A DNA stretch of 64,000 bases from the NCBI GenBank assembly GCA_965226495.1, contig OZ245365.1, positions 2,080,001-2,144,000 on the forward strand, written 5' to 3'. The translations under genes and the position numbers were made by a program. Shown piece after piece: positions 9,113 to 18,534 of this stretch (position 1 is its first letter; every line of letters begins with the position of its first letter). Source of the DNA: Candidatus Marinacidobacterales bacterium. GTDB taxonomy: Bacteria > Acidobacteriota > Vicinamibacteria > Marinacidobacterales > DATDRI01. The notes below the pieces were generated by a model, which made no database searches, had not been told where the DNA came from, and saw only the letters and a list, made by a program, of their open reading frames with translations.

Positions 9113-10789
9113 TTGACCCACGCGTTCTTCCCCACGTTCCTAGCTGCGCTCATTGCTCTTTTGGGTCCCGTACCTACAGAGGAGCGCTTCGAGCTCGCGT
9201 CGCCCCTCGACTTCACGCATCTCGCTGGAGCACCGGACAAGGACTACATCGTTGAGACGATGGGTTCGGGAGTTGCGCTCTTCGACTACGACGGCGACGC
9301 CGATCTAGACATCTACCTCATCAATGGCTCGACGCTCGACAGGGTGGCGACTGGCGAGCCGGGTGAGGCGAATCGGCTCTTCCGAAACGAGGGGGCCTGG
9401 TCGTTCACCGACGTCACCGAGCAGGCGGGAGTGGGGGATCGTGGATTCGGCCAAGGTGTCGCAGTAGCCGATATCGACAACGACGGAGATTCCGATCTCT
9501 ATCTGACCAACTACGGACCCAACGTTCTCTATAGCAACAACGGGGATGGTACGTTCTCCGCGAGCCCCGCGGGGGTCGAGGAAGAGCGGTGGAGCTCGGG
9601 AGCCGCTTTCGGTGATGTCGATAGCGACGGATTCGTCGATCTTTACGTCAGCAATTACCTCGACTTCGACCGTGAGCTGCTCGATCGCGCCATCCCGCGC
9701 CGGTTCTGTGAATGGAAGGGCCTGAAGGTACAGTGTGGGCCCAAGGGTTTCGGCTTCGTATCGGGAGTGCTCTATCACAACCGGGGCGATGGAACTTTCG
9801 AGGACTGGACGGAGCGATCGGGGGTCATGAACCGCGAGACCTACCAGCTGGGTGCCATCTTCTCCGACCTGGACTTGGATGGGGACCAGGACCTCTACGT
9901 CACGACCGACACCACCCTCAACCTGCTCTTCGAGAATCAAGGTGATGGGCGGTTTCGGGATCTATCGCTTCTGTCGGGAACCGCACTCTCCCAAAACGGC
10001 ATGGAACAAGCGGGGATGGGAATCGATGTCGGTGACGTGAACGCCGACGGCCGACCCGACTTGTTCGTTACGAACTTCTCGGACGATTACAACACCCTCT
10101 ACTTGAACCAAGAGGGCTTGACGTTCGTCGACTCCACGGATCTGGCGGGTCTCGGTTTGGCCAGCCTTCACTATCTCGGGTGGAGCACGAGGCTCGCGGA
10201 TTTGGATGCGGATGGAGACCTGGATATTTTCGTGGTGAATGGACATGTTTATCCGCAAGTAGATGGCTCGGATGTCGACGCAAGCTTCCGTCAACCGATG
10301 CAGGTGTTTCTCAATGACGGGCGCGGCAAGTTCGAAGACGCGACCGCAGGGCTCGGGTCGGTTCTCTCGGAGCCTCGTGCTTCGCGAGGCGCCGGGCTCG
10401 GAGATCTGGATGGAAACCACAGCCAGGACGTCGTGGTGAACGTCATGGATGGGTCTCCGGTATTGATTCGCAATCGAATTCCCGTCGCGGACCGCACTGT
10501 GGTCCTGAAGTTGGTCGGGCAGGAATCCAATCGCGGCGCCGTTGGGGCTCTGGTAATCGCGGAGATCGGGGACCGCACAACGGTCCGGGAGGTGCGTGGA
10601 GACCGTGGCTATCAGTCTCATAGCGATTCACGAATCTACATCGGTCTTGGAAACTCCCGGAGGATCGATGGGCTCACCATACGGTGGCCGAGCGGGAGGC
10701 GTGAGCTCCTAACCGAGCTCTCCCCTGGCTCTTATACCGTGCTAGAGGGCCAGGGCATCGTCTGGAAAAGCAAGAAGAAGAAAAACTAG
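9113..10789 (+). CDS. CRTAC1-family protein (FG-GAP repeats + ASPIC/UnbV domain)
   Basis: Repeated DxDxDGxxD motifs, ETMGSGVALFDYDGD, VNGHVYPQ, C-terminal GYQSHS..IYIGLG..IRWPSG. Confidence 0.9.
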   Translation: MTHAFFPTFLAALIALLGPVPTEERFELASPLDFTHLAGAPDKDYIVETMGSGVALFDYDGDADLDIYLINGSTLDRVATGEPGEANRLFRNEGAWSFTDVTEQAGVGDRGFGQGVAVADIDNDGDSDLYLTNYGPNVLYSNNGDGTFSASPAGVEEERWSSGAAFGDVDSDGFVDLYVSNYLDFDRELLDRAIPRRFCEWKGLKVQCGPKGFGFVSGVLYHNRGDGTFEDWTERSGVMNRETYQLGAIFSDLDLDGDQDLYVTTDTTLNLLFENQGDGRFRDLSLLSGTALSQNGMEQAGMGIDVGDVNADGRPDLFVTNFSDDYNTLYLNQEGLTFVDSTDLAGLGLASLHYLGWSTRLADLDADGDLDIFVVNGHVYPQVDGSDVDASFRQPMQVFLNDGRGKFEDATAGLGSVLSEPRASRGAGLGDLDGNHSQDVVVNVMDGSPVLIRNRIPVADRTVVLKLVGQESNRGAVGALVIAEIGDRTTVREVRGDRGYQSHSDSRIYIGLGNSRRIDGLTIRWPSGRRELLTELSPGSYTVLEGQGIVWKSKKKKN

Positions 10790-10853
10790 ACAGGATAACG
10801 GGATAAGAGACTTCTTGGGTTTTGAATCCTGTTCATCTTGTCAATCCTGTCTA
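10787..10853. repeat. Palindromic (GACAGGAT)n...(ATCCTGTC)n repeat, copy 1
   Basis: Perfect 10-bp inverted ends TAGACAGGAT / ATCCTGTCTA with internal sub-repeats. Confidence 0.75.
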
Positions 10854-10904
10854 AATGTCTTTTGAAGGTGGTAGAATTCCTGCCGGTTGGAAGAAGGGAG
10901 GGGC

Positions 10905-11450
10905 ATGGCGTCGGCGATTGAACACGGGCGGACGGACAACATCAGGCGGGCCATTGTCTTTCTCATCCTGTTCGGTTTCTGGCTGATCTTTTCCGGGCAC
11001 TACGATCGGTTCCATATCAGCCTCGGTGTCATTTGTGCCGGACTCGTCGCGTTCTTCTCTTACGACCTGCTACTTCCCGAGCCGAAGTCGTCCAACACAC
11101 TACTGAAAACGTGGCGGTTTCTTCGCTACATACCCTGGCTGGTCTACCAGGTGCTGCTAGCGAACCTTCATGTCGTATACCTGGTCTTCTATCCCAACAA
11201 GATACGCCCTCAGATTGTCCGCTTCAAGACGACTCTGACGAGTGACCTCGCCAAGGTCAGCCTCGCCAACTCCATCACGCTGACGCCGGGGACGATCACG
11301 ATGGATATCAGCGATGGGGAGTTCACCATTCACGCACTGAGCGACAAAGTGGCGAAGGATTTGCTTACCGGCGAAATGGAGCGGCGCGTCGCACACGTCT
11401 TTCTCGAACCGGCTCCTCCAATAAGCCCCACCAGCGGTCGGGAGAGGTGA
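10905..11450 (+). CDS. mrpE: Na+/H+ antiporter subunit E
   Basis: LANSITLTPGTIT motif; ATG 10905 follows GGAGG; extended -10 TGgTAGAAT at 10869-10877. Confidence 0.88.
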   Translation: MASAIEHGRTDNIRRAIVFLILFGFWLIFSGHYDRFHISLGVICAGLVAFFSYDLLLPEPKSSNTLLKTWRFLRYIPWLVYQVLLANLHVVYLVFYPNKIRPQIVRFKTTLTSDLAKVSLANSITLTPGTITMDISDGEFTIHALSDKVAKDLLTGEMERRVAHVFLEPAPPISPTSGRER

Positions 11451-11734
11451 TGCCGGGTTTCTTCATCGCCGTTTCTTTGATCATCCTGTTTGCGGCCTTA
11501 CTGTCACTCTACCGGGTGGTCATGGGCCCCGTTATCATCGATCGCATCATCGGCGTCAACGTGCTCGGTACCAAGACAGTCGCCATTATTGTACTCACCG
11601 GGTTCATTTTCGATCGAGTCGAGTTCTTCATCGACATCGCTTTTGTCTATGCGCTCATCAATTTCATTGGAGCCTTGGCGTTTTCGAAGTACTTCGAGAG
11701 GAAGGGTGTGGAAGATCGTAGGATGGCGCCATGA
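11447..11734 (+). CDS. mrpF: Na+/H+ antiporter subunit F
   Basis: YRVVMGP..IDRII, DIAFVYALINFIG; three TM segments. Confidence 0.88.
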   Translation: MMPGFFIAVSLIILFAALLSLYRVVMGPVIIDRIIGVNVLGTKTVAIIVLTGFIFDRVEFFIDIAFVYALINFIGALAFSKYFERKGVEDRRMAP

Positions 11735-12033
11735 TTGCGGTTGCGGTGATTCTCGTTTGTGCGGGAGTCTTCTTCTTGCTGATGGGGGCGATGGGGCTGC
11801 TCCGCTTCCCCGATTTCTACACCAGGATGCATGCCGCCGGAAAAAGCGACACTCTGGGCAGTCTACTGGTGCTCACCGGCCTCGCGTTTTACGAAGGAGT
11901 CGACCTCACCGCGGTCAAGATCTTGATAATCGCGCTTTTCATCTTCGTAACCAGTCCCACCGCGACACATGCCATGGCTAGAGCCGCCCTCAAGAACAAG
12001 ATGCCGCTCTGGGAAAAGGGAGGAGAGGGCTAG
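11731..12033 (+). CDS. mrpG: Na+/H+ antiporter subunit G
   Basis: GLLRFPDFYTRMHAAGK.DTLG, SPTATHA. Confidence 0.9.
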   Translation: MIAVAVILVCAGVFFLLMGAMGLLRFPDFYTRMHAAGKSDTLGSLLVLTGLAFYEGVDLTAVKILIIALFIFVTSPTATHAMARAALKNKMPLWEKGGEG

Positions 12034-12278
12034 TGATTTGGCAACTCGATGTCGCCTTGCTGCTGTTCGCAGTGGTGTGTGCGTTTTGGGCACTGATGGT
12101 CAAGGATCTGTTGGCATCGGTCATTTTGCTCGGAGCCTTTAGTTTATTCATGTGCCTGCTGTGGGTCGAGATGGGTGCGGTGGACGTCGCCTTCACAGAG
12201 GCGTCGGTGGGCGCCGGTATTACTACCGTCTTCTTCGTCATCACGGTCTTCAAGACCGAGAGAGTGAGCAAAGATTGA
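12033..12278 (+). CDS. DUF4040 / MbhD-like Mrp subunit
   Basis: AVDVAFTEASVGAGI motif; 81 aa, hydrophobic. Confidence 0.82.
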   Translation: MIWQLDVALLLFAVVCAFWALMVKDLLASVILLGAFSLFMCLLWVEMGAVDVAFTEASVGAGITTVFFVITVFKTERVSKD

Positions 12279-12553
12279 AGTACCTCCACCTGGTTGTAAC
12301 CGGAGTGACCGGGCTGCTTCTGATCTTCGGGTCACTGGGTATGCCTAACACCGGCGATCCGGAGTCGCCGGCTAGCCTGCATGTATCTCCGAGATACATC
12401 GAGGAGGGGTATTCGGAGACCAACACTCCGAATATGGTCACCGCAGTGTTGGCCGATTACCGCAGCTTCGACACGTTCGGGGAGACCGTCGTCATCTTTA
12501 CCGCGGCGTTGGCGGTGATTCTCATCCTGCGGACGCGTCGAGACGAGGACTAA
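12275..12553 (+). CDS. MbhE-like Mrp subunit
   Basis: PNMVTAVLADYRSFDTFGE motif; TTG start overlaps the previous stop (TTGA). Confidence 0.8.
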   Translation: MKYLHLVVTGVTGLLLIFGSLGMPNTGDPESPASLHVSPRYIEEGYSETNTPNMVTAVLADYRSFDTFGETVVIFTAALAVILILRTRRDED

Positions 12554-12555
12554 AC

Positions 12556-12972
12556 GTGATTGCGATACAACAGAGCATCGTCGTGAAGACGGTCTGCCGG
12601 ATTCTCGTGCCTTTCATACAAATGTTCGGTCTCTACGTCATCATGCACGGGCACAGCAGTCCCGGAGGAGGTTTTCAAGGGGGCGTGATCCTGGGATCTA
12701 GCTTCATTTTGCTTTCGCTCGCCTATGGTATCGAGGCGGTGAAACGAAGATTCTCCCTGGCAGCGTTGACCGTACTGACGAGTTTCGGCGTATTTCTCTA
12801 CGCCGCGATCGGTGTCCTTTGCTTGTTCCTTGGGGGGAATTTTCTCGACTACGGGGTCCTTCCCATCGCCGAGCCTCGAGTCATCGGCTCGTTGGGGATC
12901 GAGATCGGCGTGGGAATCACGGTAATGGCGGTGATGGTCTCTATTTTCCACGACCTGATCACGTTCGAGTAG
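12556..12972 (+). CDS. mrpB: Na+/H+ antiporter subunit B
   Basis: HGHSSPGGGFQGG motif. Confidence 0.88.
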   Translation: MIAIQQSIVVKTVCRILVPFIQMFGLYVIMHGHSSPGGGFQGGVILGSSFILLSLAYGIEAVKRRFSLAALTVLTSFGVFLYAAIGVLCLFLGGNFLDYGVLPIAEPRVIGSLGIEIGVGITVMAVMVSIFHDLITFE

Positions 12973-12980
12973 AGGACGGG

Positions 12981-13367
12981 ATGGACTTCGTCATCGGACA
13001 TTTCAATAGCGTCACCTATATCGTCCTGATGATGATCGGCTTCTACGCTATGACCGGAAAAACCAACCTGGTCAAGAAGCTCGTGGGGATGAATATCTTC
13101 CAGTGGTCCATCATCCTTTTCGTCGTTTCGCTCGGCGCGAAGCGCGGTGCGACAATACCTATCGTTGAGGGAGGCCACGGAGAGCATTTGGTTTTGCAGG
13201 CCGCACGGTACGTGAACCCTTTGCCCCACGTTTTGATGCTGACCGCCATCGTCGTGGGAGTCTCCACGACCGGAGTGGCCCTGGCCCTTCTGCTGCGAAT
13301 CTACAAACGCTACGGGACGCTGGAAGAGGATGAGCTGCTCGAGAAAGTAAGGGCCTCGGGCGACTAG
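12981..13367 (+). CDS. mrpC: Na+/H+ antiporter subunit C
   Basis: NLVKKLVG, NPLPHVLMLTAIVVG; ATG 12981 after GAGG. Confidence 0.88.
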   Translation: MDFVIGHFNSVTYIVLMMIGFYAMTGKTNLVKKLVGMNIFQWSIILFVVSLGAKRGATIPIVEGGHGEHLVLQAARYVNPLPHVLMLTAIVVGVSTTGVALALLLRIYKRYGTLEEDELLEKVRASGD

Positions 13368-14875
13368 TGATGAACATCCATCAATCGGCGCTGCCGGTTC
13401 TCATTATCGCGGTCCCACTCATCACCGCCTTCATTCTACCTGTGGTGGCCTTGTGGAAGAGGGGAATGGCATTCCCTCTGGCACTGGCTGCGCTTGCTTT
13501 CTCCTTCGGGGGATCGATCGTGGCGGCCCGAGAGGTGGTGACGCGCGGGCCCCTTCGATATTCCATGGGCGGATGGGCTCCCCCTTGGGGAATCGAGTAT
13601 CACATCGATCACCTCGCGGCGCTCATGTTATTGCTCCTGAGCTTCATCACGTTGCTGGTGGGGATCTATTCGAAGAAGAGCATCTTGAAAGAGCTGCCAG
13701 AAAAAGAGGCTCCTTTTTACGCCGTGTACCTACTCCTGGTCAGCGGTCTGATGGGCATCGTCGCGACCGCCGACATGTTCAACCTGTATGTCTTCCTCGA
13801 AATCACTTCCTTGGCCAGCTACGCCCTCATCTCGCTTGGTGGCGGACGAGCGGTGGTATCGGCCTTCCGGTACGTCATCCTTGGAACTGTGGGGGCGGCC
13901 TTTTATCTGCTATCGGTGAGCTATCTCTACGGCGTCACCGGCACTCTCAACATGGCGGACTTGTCGGGCATTCTTCCCGGTCTCTACCAATCTGATGCGG
14001 TGCTGGTAGGATTCGCCTTCTTCGTGATTGGAATCTCCATCAAGATGGCGCTGTTCCCTATGCACGCGTGGCTCCCGGGGGCGTACTCCGACGCGCCGTC
14101 CGCGGTGAGCGCTCTGATCGCCGCCACCACGACCAAAGTCGCCGCCTACGTGCTGGTTCGCGTGATGTTCTTCGTTTTCGAGCCTCGCTTCGCGATCGAG
14201 TTGATTCCGGTCACAACGCTCTTGAGCTGGATGGGGGCCGTCGCGATGATCCTGGGCTCGGTCATGGCGATCGCTCAGACCGACTTCAAACGGATGCTCG
14301 CCTACTCTTCGGTCGCCCAAATCGGCTACATCGTTTTGGGCATAGGGTTAGCCAATCAAGCTGGGTTGACCGGTGGCCTCTTACACCTCGTCAACCACGC
14401 TTTCATGAAAGGGTGCCTCTTCTTGGTGGCAGGAGCCATCATTTACAGGACGGGCCTACGAAGAATCAGCGACTTTCGAACCCTTTCCGTGAAGATGCCC
14501 TGGACCGCGGCCATCTTCATCATTGCGGCATTCTCGATGATCGGTATTCCTCCGACTTGTGGGTTCTTCAGCAAGCTCTATTTGATCGCCGGTGCCATCG
14601 AGGCGCAGCAGTGGGTCTTCGTGGGTTTCATCCTTTTTAGCAGCGTCTTGGCTCTGGCGTATTTCGGGAACGTAATCCGGTACATGTATTTCCCGTCAGA
14701 GGTTGCGGTGGGGGAGAGTGCGCCAGAAGAGGAACCCACGCGGGATGAGGCTCCTTTGACGATGCTACTCCCAATGATCTGCTTGGCAGTGGGGATCGTG
14801 CTCTTGGGCTTTTTCAATGGTGAGGTGGTCTCCCATTTCCTGGCGCACGCCGTCCCGGAGAGCTTCTCAAGGTGA
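13367..14875 (+). CDS. mrpD: Na+/H+ antiporter subunit D
   Basis: DMFNLYVFLEI, IKMALFP.HAWLP, KRMLAYSS, FFSKLYL; canonical Glu/Lys residues present. Confidence 0.88.
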   Translation: MMNIHQSALPVLIIAVPLITAFILPVVALWKRGMAFPLALAALAFSFGGSIVAAREVVTRGPLRYSMGGWAPPWGIEYHIDHLAALMLLLLSFITLLVGIYSKKSILKELPEKEAPFYAVYLLLVSGLMGIVATADMFNLYVFLEITSLASYALISLGGGRAVVSAFRYVILGTVGAAFYLLSVSYLYGVTGTLNMADLSGILPGLYQSDAVLVGFAFFVIGISIKMALFPMHAWLPGAYSDAPSAVSALIAATTTKVAAYVLVRVMFFVFEPRFAIELIPVTTLLSWMGAVAMILGSVMAIAQTDFKRMLAYSSVAQIGYIVLGIGLANQAGLTGGLLHLVNHAFMKGCLFLVAGAIIYRTGLRRISDFRTLSVKMPWTAAIFIIAAFSMIGIPPTCGFFSKLYLIAGAIEAQQWVFVGFILFSSVLALAYFGNVIRYMYFPSEVAVGESAPEEEPTRDEAPLTMLLPMICLAVGIVLLGFFNGEVVSHFLAHAVPESFSR

Positions 14876-16929
14876 GATCGTTGACGCCGCTTCTGGCCGC
14901 CTGGATTTGCATCTTCTCACCTTTGGCCGGTGTGGCGGTCACCCCGGTGCTTGCTCGGATCCACGACAAGGCTCGGGATTGGGGGGCGGTCCTATTTTCC
15001 TTCGTCGCGGCGGCTGCGGCTCTCTCCCTACTTCCTCAATTGCTTCATCCGGACGCTCTTCCTTTAGAGAGTAGGCTCGGTTGGCTCGATACGCCGATCG
15101 AGATTGGATTCGGCGTCTTGCTCGATCCGTTGAGCATCGTCCTCGCGAACGTGGTCGCCGTCGTGAGCTTCATCATCATGGTGTACTGCCTCGGCTATAT
15201 GAAAGGCGACGCTGCCCGAACCCGGTTCTGGATGTGGATGAACGGATTCATCGGTAGCATGCTGCTGCTGGTTCTATCCAACAATCTCTTGTTTCTTTTC
15301 GTCGGCTGGAAATTGGTCGGAGTCTGTAGTTACGGCCTCATCGGTTACTACTATCAGGACCAACGGCAATACTGGATCGGGGGGCCGACCCCGACCGCCT
15401 TTGTGACGCCGTCCCAGGCAGGTCTCAAGGCACTTGTGGTCACCGGAGCTGGCGACATGCTCATGTTGGGGGGCATCCTCATCATGTATTTCTACTCCGG
15501 GACTTTGAATCTTCTAAAGCTTTACCAAACCTCCTCCACGTGGATCCCCGAGATGGCGGAGACGCCAGGTATGCTCGCGCTTTTGAGCGTTCTCCTTTTG
15601 GCAGGACCGGTCGGCAAATCGGCTCAGTTTCCTTTTCACGAATGGCTTCCGGAAGCCATGGCCGGTCCGGGGCCGGTCTCCGCTCTCATTCACGCCGCCA
15701 CGATGGTCAAGAGCGGCGTCTATCTAGTGGCGCGATTGGTCCCGCTGTTTTACTACGGGTACTGGGTGGCGGGTGTCGAGGAGGCCTCGTGGTTTTTTTA
15801 CCTGACCGCCTGGATCGGAGCCGTCACTGCTTTTCTCGCCGCGACCCAGGGCATGGTGTCTCTGGAGCTCAAAAAGATCCTCGCTTATTCCACGGTCAGC
15901 CAGATCGGCTACATGATGCTCGGGCTCGGTGTGGCCGGGTTGACTCCCACGCTCCTTCTCGATGGCTACACTGCTGGAATTTTTCATCTCGTGAGCCATG
16001 CTTTGTTCAAGGCCTGCCTGTTCCTCGCCGCCGGGACGATCATTCACGCCGTACATTCCATCTACGTCCAGGACATGGGCGCAATGAGAAAGTATCTACC
16101 TATAACTTGGATTTTCACGCTTCTGGCGGCCCTGTCGTTGGTCGGGCTACCACCTTTCCCCGGCTTCTGGAGCAAGGACGCCGTATTACTTGTCGTCCTG
16201 GAGGCCAACCGGCCGTTGTTCGTTCTGGCGCTCATCACCGTGGGAATCACGGCCTTTTATACTGTTCGCTTCCTGGGCCTCGTCTTTTTCGGTCCGGAGA
16301 GCAAGAACCTTCTACACGTCAAGGGGGAGGGCGGACATCTAAACGACGGTGAGACGTCGATGCGAGTTGCCACCGGCGTCCTGGCGCTTCTCATCGTGGT
16401 GGCGGGCCTCGGGGGCCCGTTCGTGGAGAGAGTGCTTCATCATAGCTTCGAGGTCGGCCTCGCCGGAGAGGTCGCGTCAGTCCCGGTGTTAGCTACCGAG
16501 GTTGCAGAAGAATCTTCTTCTCATGGATTGGTTCCGGTTCTCTCTTTGCTTTTCGTAGCTTTAGGTGCGCTGCCGGCCTACTATCTCTACGTCGGGGGCA
16601 AAGCTTCTCCCCGAGCGTTGATGGAAAGTTATTCTCCGCTCCGAGCGGTCTACACTTTTTTCTGGGACCGATGGTTCATCGATGCGTTCTACCAGCGCGT
16701 CTTCGTCGACGGAACCAAGCGGGCCGCATCATTCGTAGCCGACGACATCGAAGCCTCTTGGGACCGCGTCGTGCACCGTAAGCTTCCGTTGTTGTTCACG
16801 CAAAGCGCAGAGCGTCTACTGCGTCGCTTGCGGACGGAAACGGAGGAGTTGGTTTACAACGTCTCCTATGTTCTCGTCCTATTCGTCTTGTTCTTGACCT
16901 TCCTGTTCATCCGAAAGGGTGGAGGTTAG
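14872..16929 (+). CDS. NuoL/MrpA-like proton-translocating membrane subunit
   Basis: GKSAQFPFHEWLPEAMAGP.PVSALIHAATMV, LAYSTVSQIGY, HALFKACLF, GFWSKD, long C-terminal helix. Confidence 0.85.
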   Translation: MRSLTPLLAAWICIFSPLAGVAVTPVLARIHDKARDWGAVLFSFVAAAAALSLLPQLLHPDALPLESRLGWLDTPIEIGFGVLLDPLSIVLANVVAVVSFIIMVYCLGYMKGDAARTRFWMWMNGFIGSMLLLVLSNNLLFLFVGWKLVGVCSYGLIGYYYQDQRQYWIGGPTPTAFVTPSQAGLKALVVTGAGDMLMLGGILIMYFYSGTLNLLKLYQTSSTWIPEMAETPGMLALLSVLLLAGPVGKSAQFPFHEWLPEAMAGPGPVSALIHAATMVKSGVYLVARLVPLFYYGYWVAGVEEASWFFYLTAWIGAVTAFLAATQGMVSLELKKILAYSTVSQIGYMMLGLGVAGLTPTLLLDGYTAGIFHLVSHALFKACLFLAAGTIIHAVHSIYVQDMGAMRKYLPITWIFTLLAALSLVGLPPFPGFWSKDAVLLVVLEANRPLFVLALITVGITAFYTVRFLGLVFFGPESKNLLHVKGEGGHLNDGETSMRVATGVLALLIVVAGLGGPFVERVLHHSFEVGLAGEVASVPVLATEVAEESSSHGLVPVLSLLFVALGALPAYYLYVGGKASPRALMESYSPLRAVYTFFWDRWFIDAFYQRVFVDGTKRAASFVADDIEASWDRVVHRKLPLLFTQSAERLLRRLRTETEELVYNVSYVLVLFVLFLTFLFIRKGGG

Positions 16930-16930
16930 G

Positions 16931-18427
16931 ATGCCCGCGGTTCTCCTACAGATTCTTCTTACTCCTGTTGTCGCGGCGGTAGTGATCTTTGTGGCGAGGA
17001 AAAGAATCGGACGCCTGGCCGGGTGGGCGGCGGCGTTGACCATGCTTTACACGACGTTGCTCGTTTCCATCGCGGGCGTGGAGGTCTATGCAGGACGAGT
17101 AATCTTCGAGGAATACCTGCTCATCGCTCCCGACATCCGTCTGGGACTCTTGGCGGATGGGCTGAGCTTTCCTACGCTGGCGATTGTTGTGCTTCTTTGC
17201 ACGGCGTTGGGGTTCTACTCCATCCGCTACGTCGAGCACAGAGTCGAGCTTCTCTATCACACTGCGAGCGAGAGCGCCCAGATCGGTTACTACGCTCGGT
17301 TTTTTTACCTGTTCCTGTTTTTCCCTGCCGGTTTCATCGGGTCGATCTTGAGCACGAATCTCGTGTCCCTCTACTTCTTCTTGGAAGTCCTGACCATCGC
17401 CCTCTTCTTTCTGATGGCCTACTTCGGGTACTTAGAGCGGGTGCGGGTCGCCTTCATCAGCTTGTCGTGGGGGATCATCGGTGCGTTGTTCTTTCTGGCC
17501 GCATCGGTCGCGGTCTATACCCAGATTGGGAGCTTCGACATCTCGGAGCTTCACCGCATGGCGGGAAACGACCTGGTGAGTTGGACCATCGGTCTGTTCA
17601 TCATCGGATTGCTGATGAAGCTAGCGATCGTACCGTTCCACGTCTGGATGCCTTCGGTACATGCAGAACACCCGACCTGCATTGCCGGCCTACTGGCGGT
17701 ATATGCCAACTTGGGCCTTTACATCCTCATCCGGGTTGGAGTCCTGCCACTGGCAGAGGATTTTCAAAAATTCGGCGCCCCCCTCATGGTGCTCGCCCTC
17801 ATCACCATGGTTTACGGGTCCCTTCTCACATTGGCACAAACGGATATCAAACGCTTGGCGGCGTGCTCGACCATCAGCCAGATCGCCTACTCCGTCCTTG
17901 GCCTCGGCGCGCTGACGACAGTGAGTATCGAGGGCAGCATGTTTTTCTTCCTGAGCCACATTATGGGGAAGACGCTCTTCTTCTCGACCGCGGGGATCGT
18001 CGTATACACCACCGGGATCCGTGACATGCGGGAGATGGGCGGCCTGGCTCGTAAGATGCCGTTGACCGCCATCCTGTGGGTGATGGGCTGCATGATGCTC
18101 TCTGGGTTTCCACCCTTCAGCAGTTTTACCGCGGAATGGATCATGTTCACGGGGATCTTCGAGCGTGGATTGCTCACCGGGCCAACCGGGATCTTCATCG
18201 CGCTAGGCGGCGTCACCGCCATCCTACTAACGGTGGCTTATTCCTTCGGAGCTGCGCGCCGCATTTTCTTCGGTCCTTTGAGTCCCGCGCTCGAGGGCAA
18301 GGATATTTCCGACCCACGGTGGACTATGAGTGTCCCCCTGCTGGTAGTCGCCGCCACTTCCATCGTCCTTGGGATGTACCCGCGCCTCATCATGGACTTG
18401 CTGCATTCTGTGATCGGGGCCTCGTAG
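16931..18427 (+). CDS. NuoM/MrpD-like proton-translocating membrane subunit
   Basis: YFFLE, KLAIVPFHVWMP..HAE, DIKRL.A.S, FTAEW; ATG 16931 after GGAGG. Confidence 0.85.
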   Translation: MPAVLLQILLTPVVAAVVIFVARKRIGRLAGWAAALTMLYTTLLVSIAGVEVYAGRVIFEEYLLIAPDIRLGLLADGLSFPTLAIVVLLCTALGFYSIRYVEHRVELLYHTASESAQIGYYARFFYLFLFFPAGFIGSILSTNLVSLYFFLEVLTIALFFLMAYFGYLERVRVAFISLSWGIIGALFFLAASVAVYTQIGSFDISELHRMAGNDLVSWTIGLFIIGLLMKLAIVPFHVWMPSVHAEHPTCIAGLLAVYANLGLYILIRVGVLPLAEDFQKFGAPLMVLALITMVYGSLLTLAQTDIKRLAACSTISQIAYSVLGLGALTTVSIEGSMFFFLSHIMGKTLFFSTAGIVVYTTGIRDMREMGGLARKMPLTAILWVMGCMMLSGFPPFSSFTAEWIMFTGIFERGLLTGPTGIFIALGGVTAILLTVAYSFGAARRIFFGPLSPALEGKDISDPRWTMSVPLLVVAATSIVLGMYPRLIMDLLHSVIGAS

Positions 18428-18448
18428 ACGGTATCTCGTGCTTTTTTT

Positions 18449-18523
18449 TAGACGGGATTACAGGATTGACAGGATAGAGACACAAGGCGCCTTTGACTTT
18501 TTTATCCTGTCAATCTTGTCCAA
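18449..18523. repeat. Palindromic GACAGGAT repeat, copy 2
   Basis: GATTGACAGGATA / TATCCTGTCAATC 13-bp inverted pair between convergent genes. Confidence 0.75.
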
Positions 18524-18534
18524 TTTCTTTCTTT

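Noticed and set aside
10905-18427. Respiratory complex I or membrane-bound hydrogenase operon
   Set aside because: No NuoH, NuoB/C/D/I or NiFe subunits in the window.
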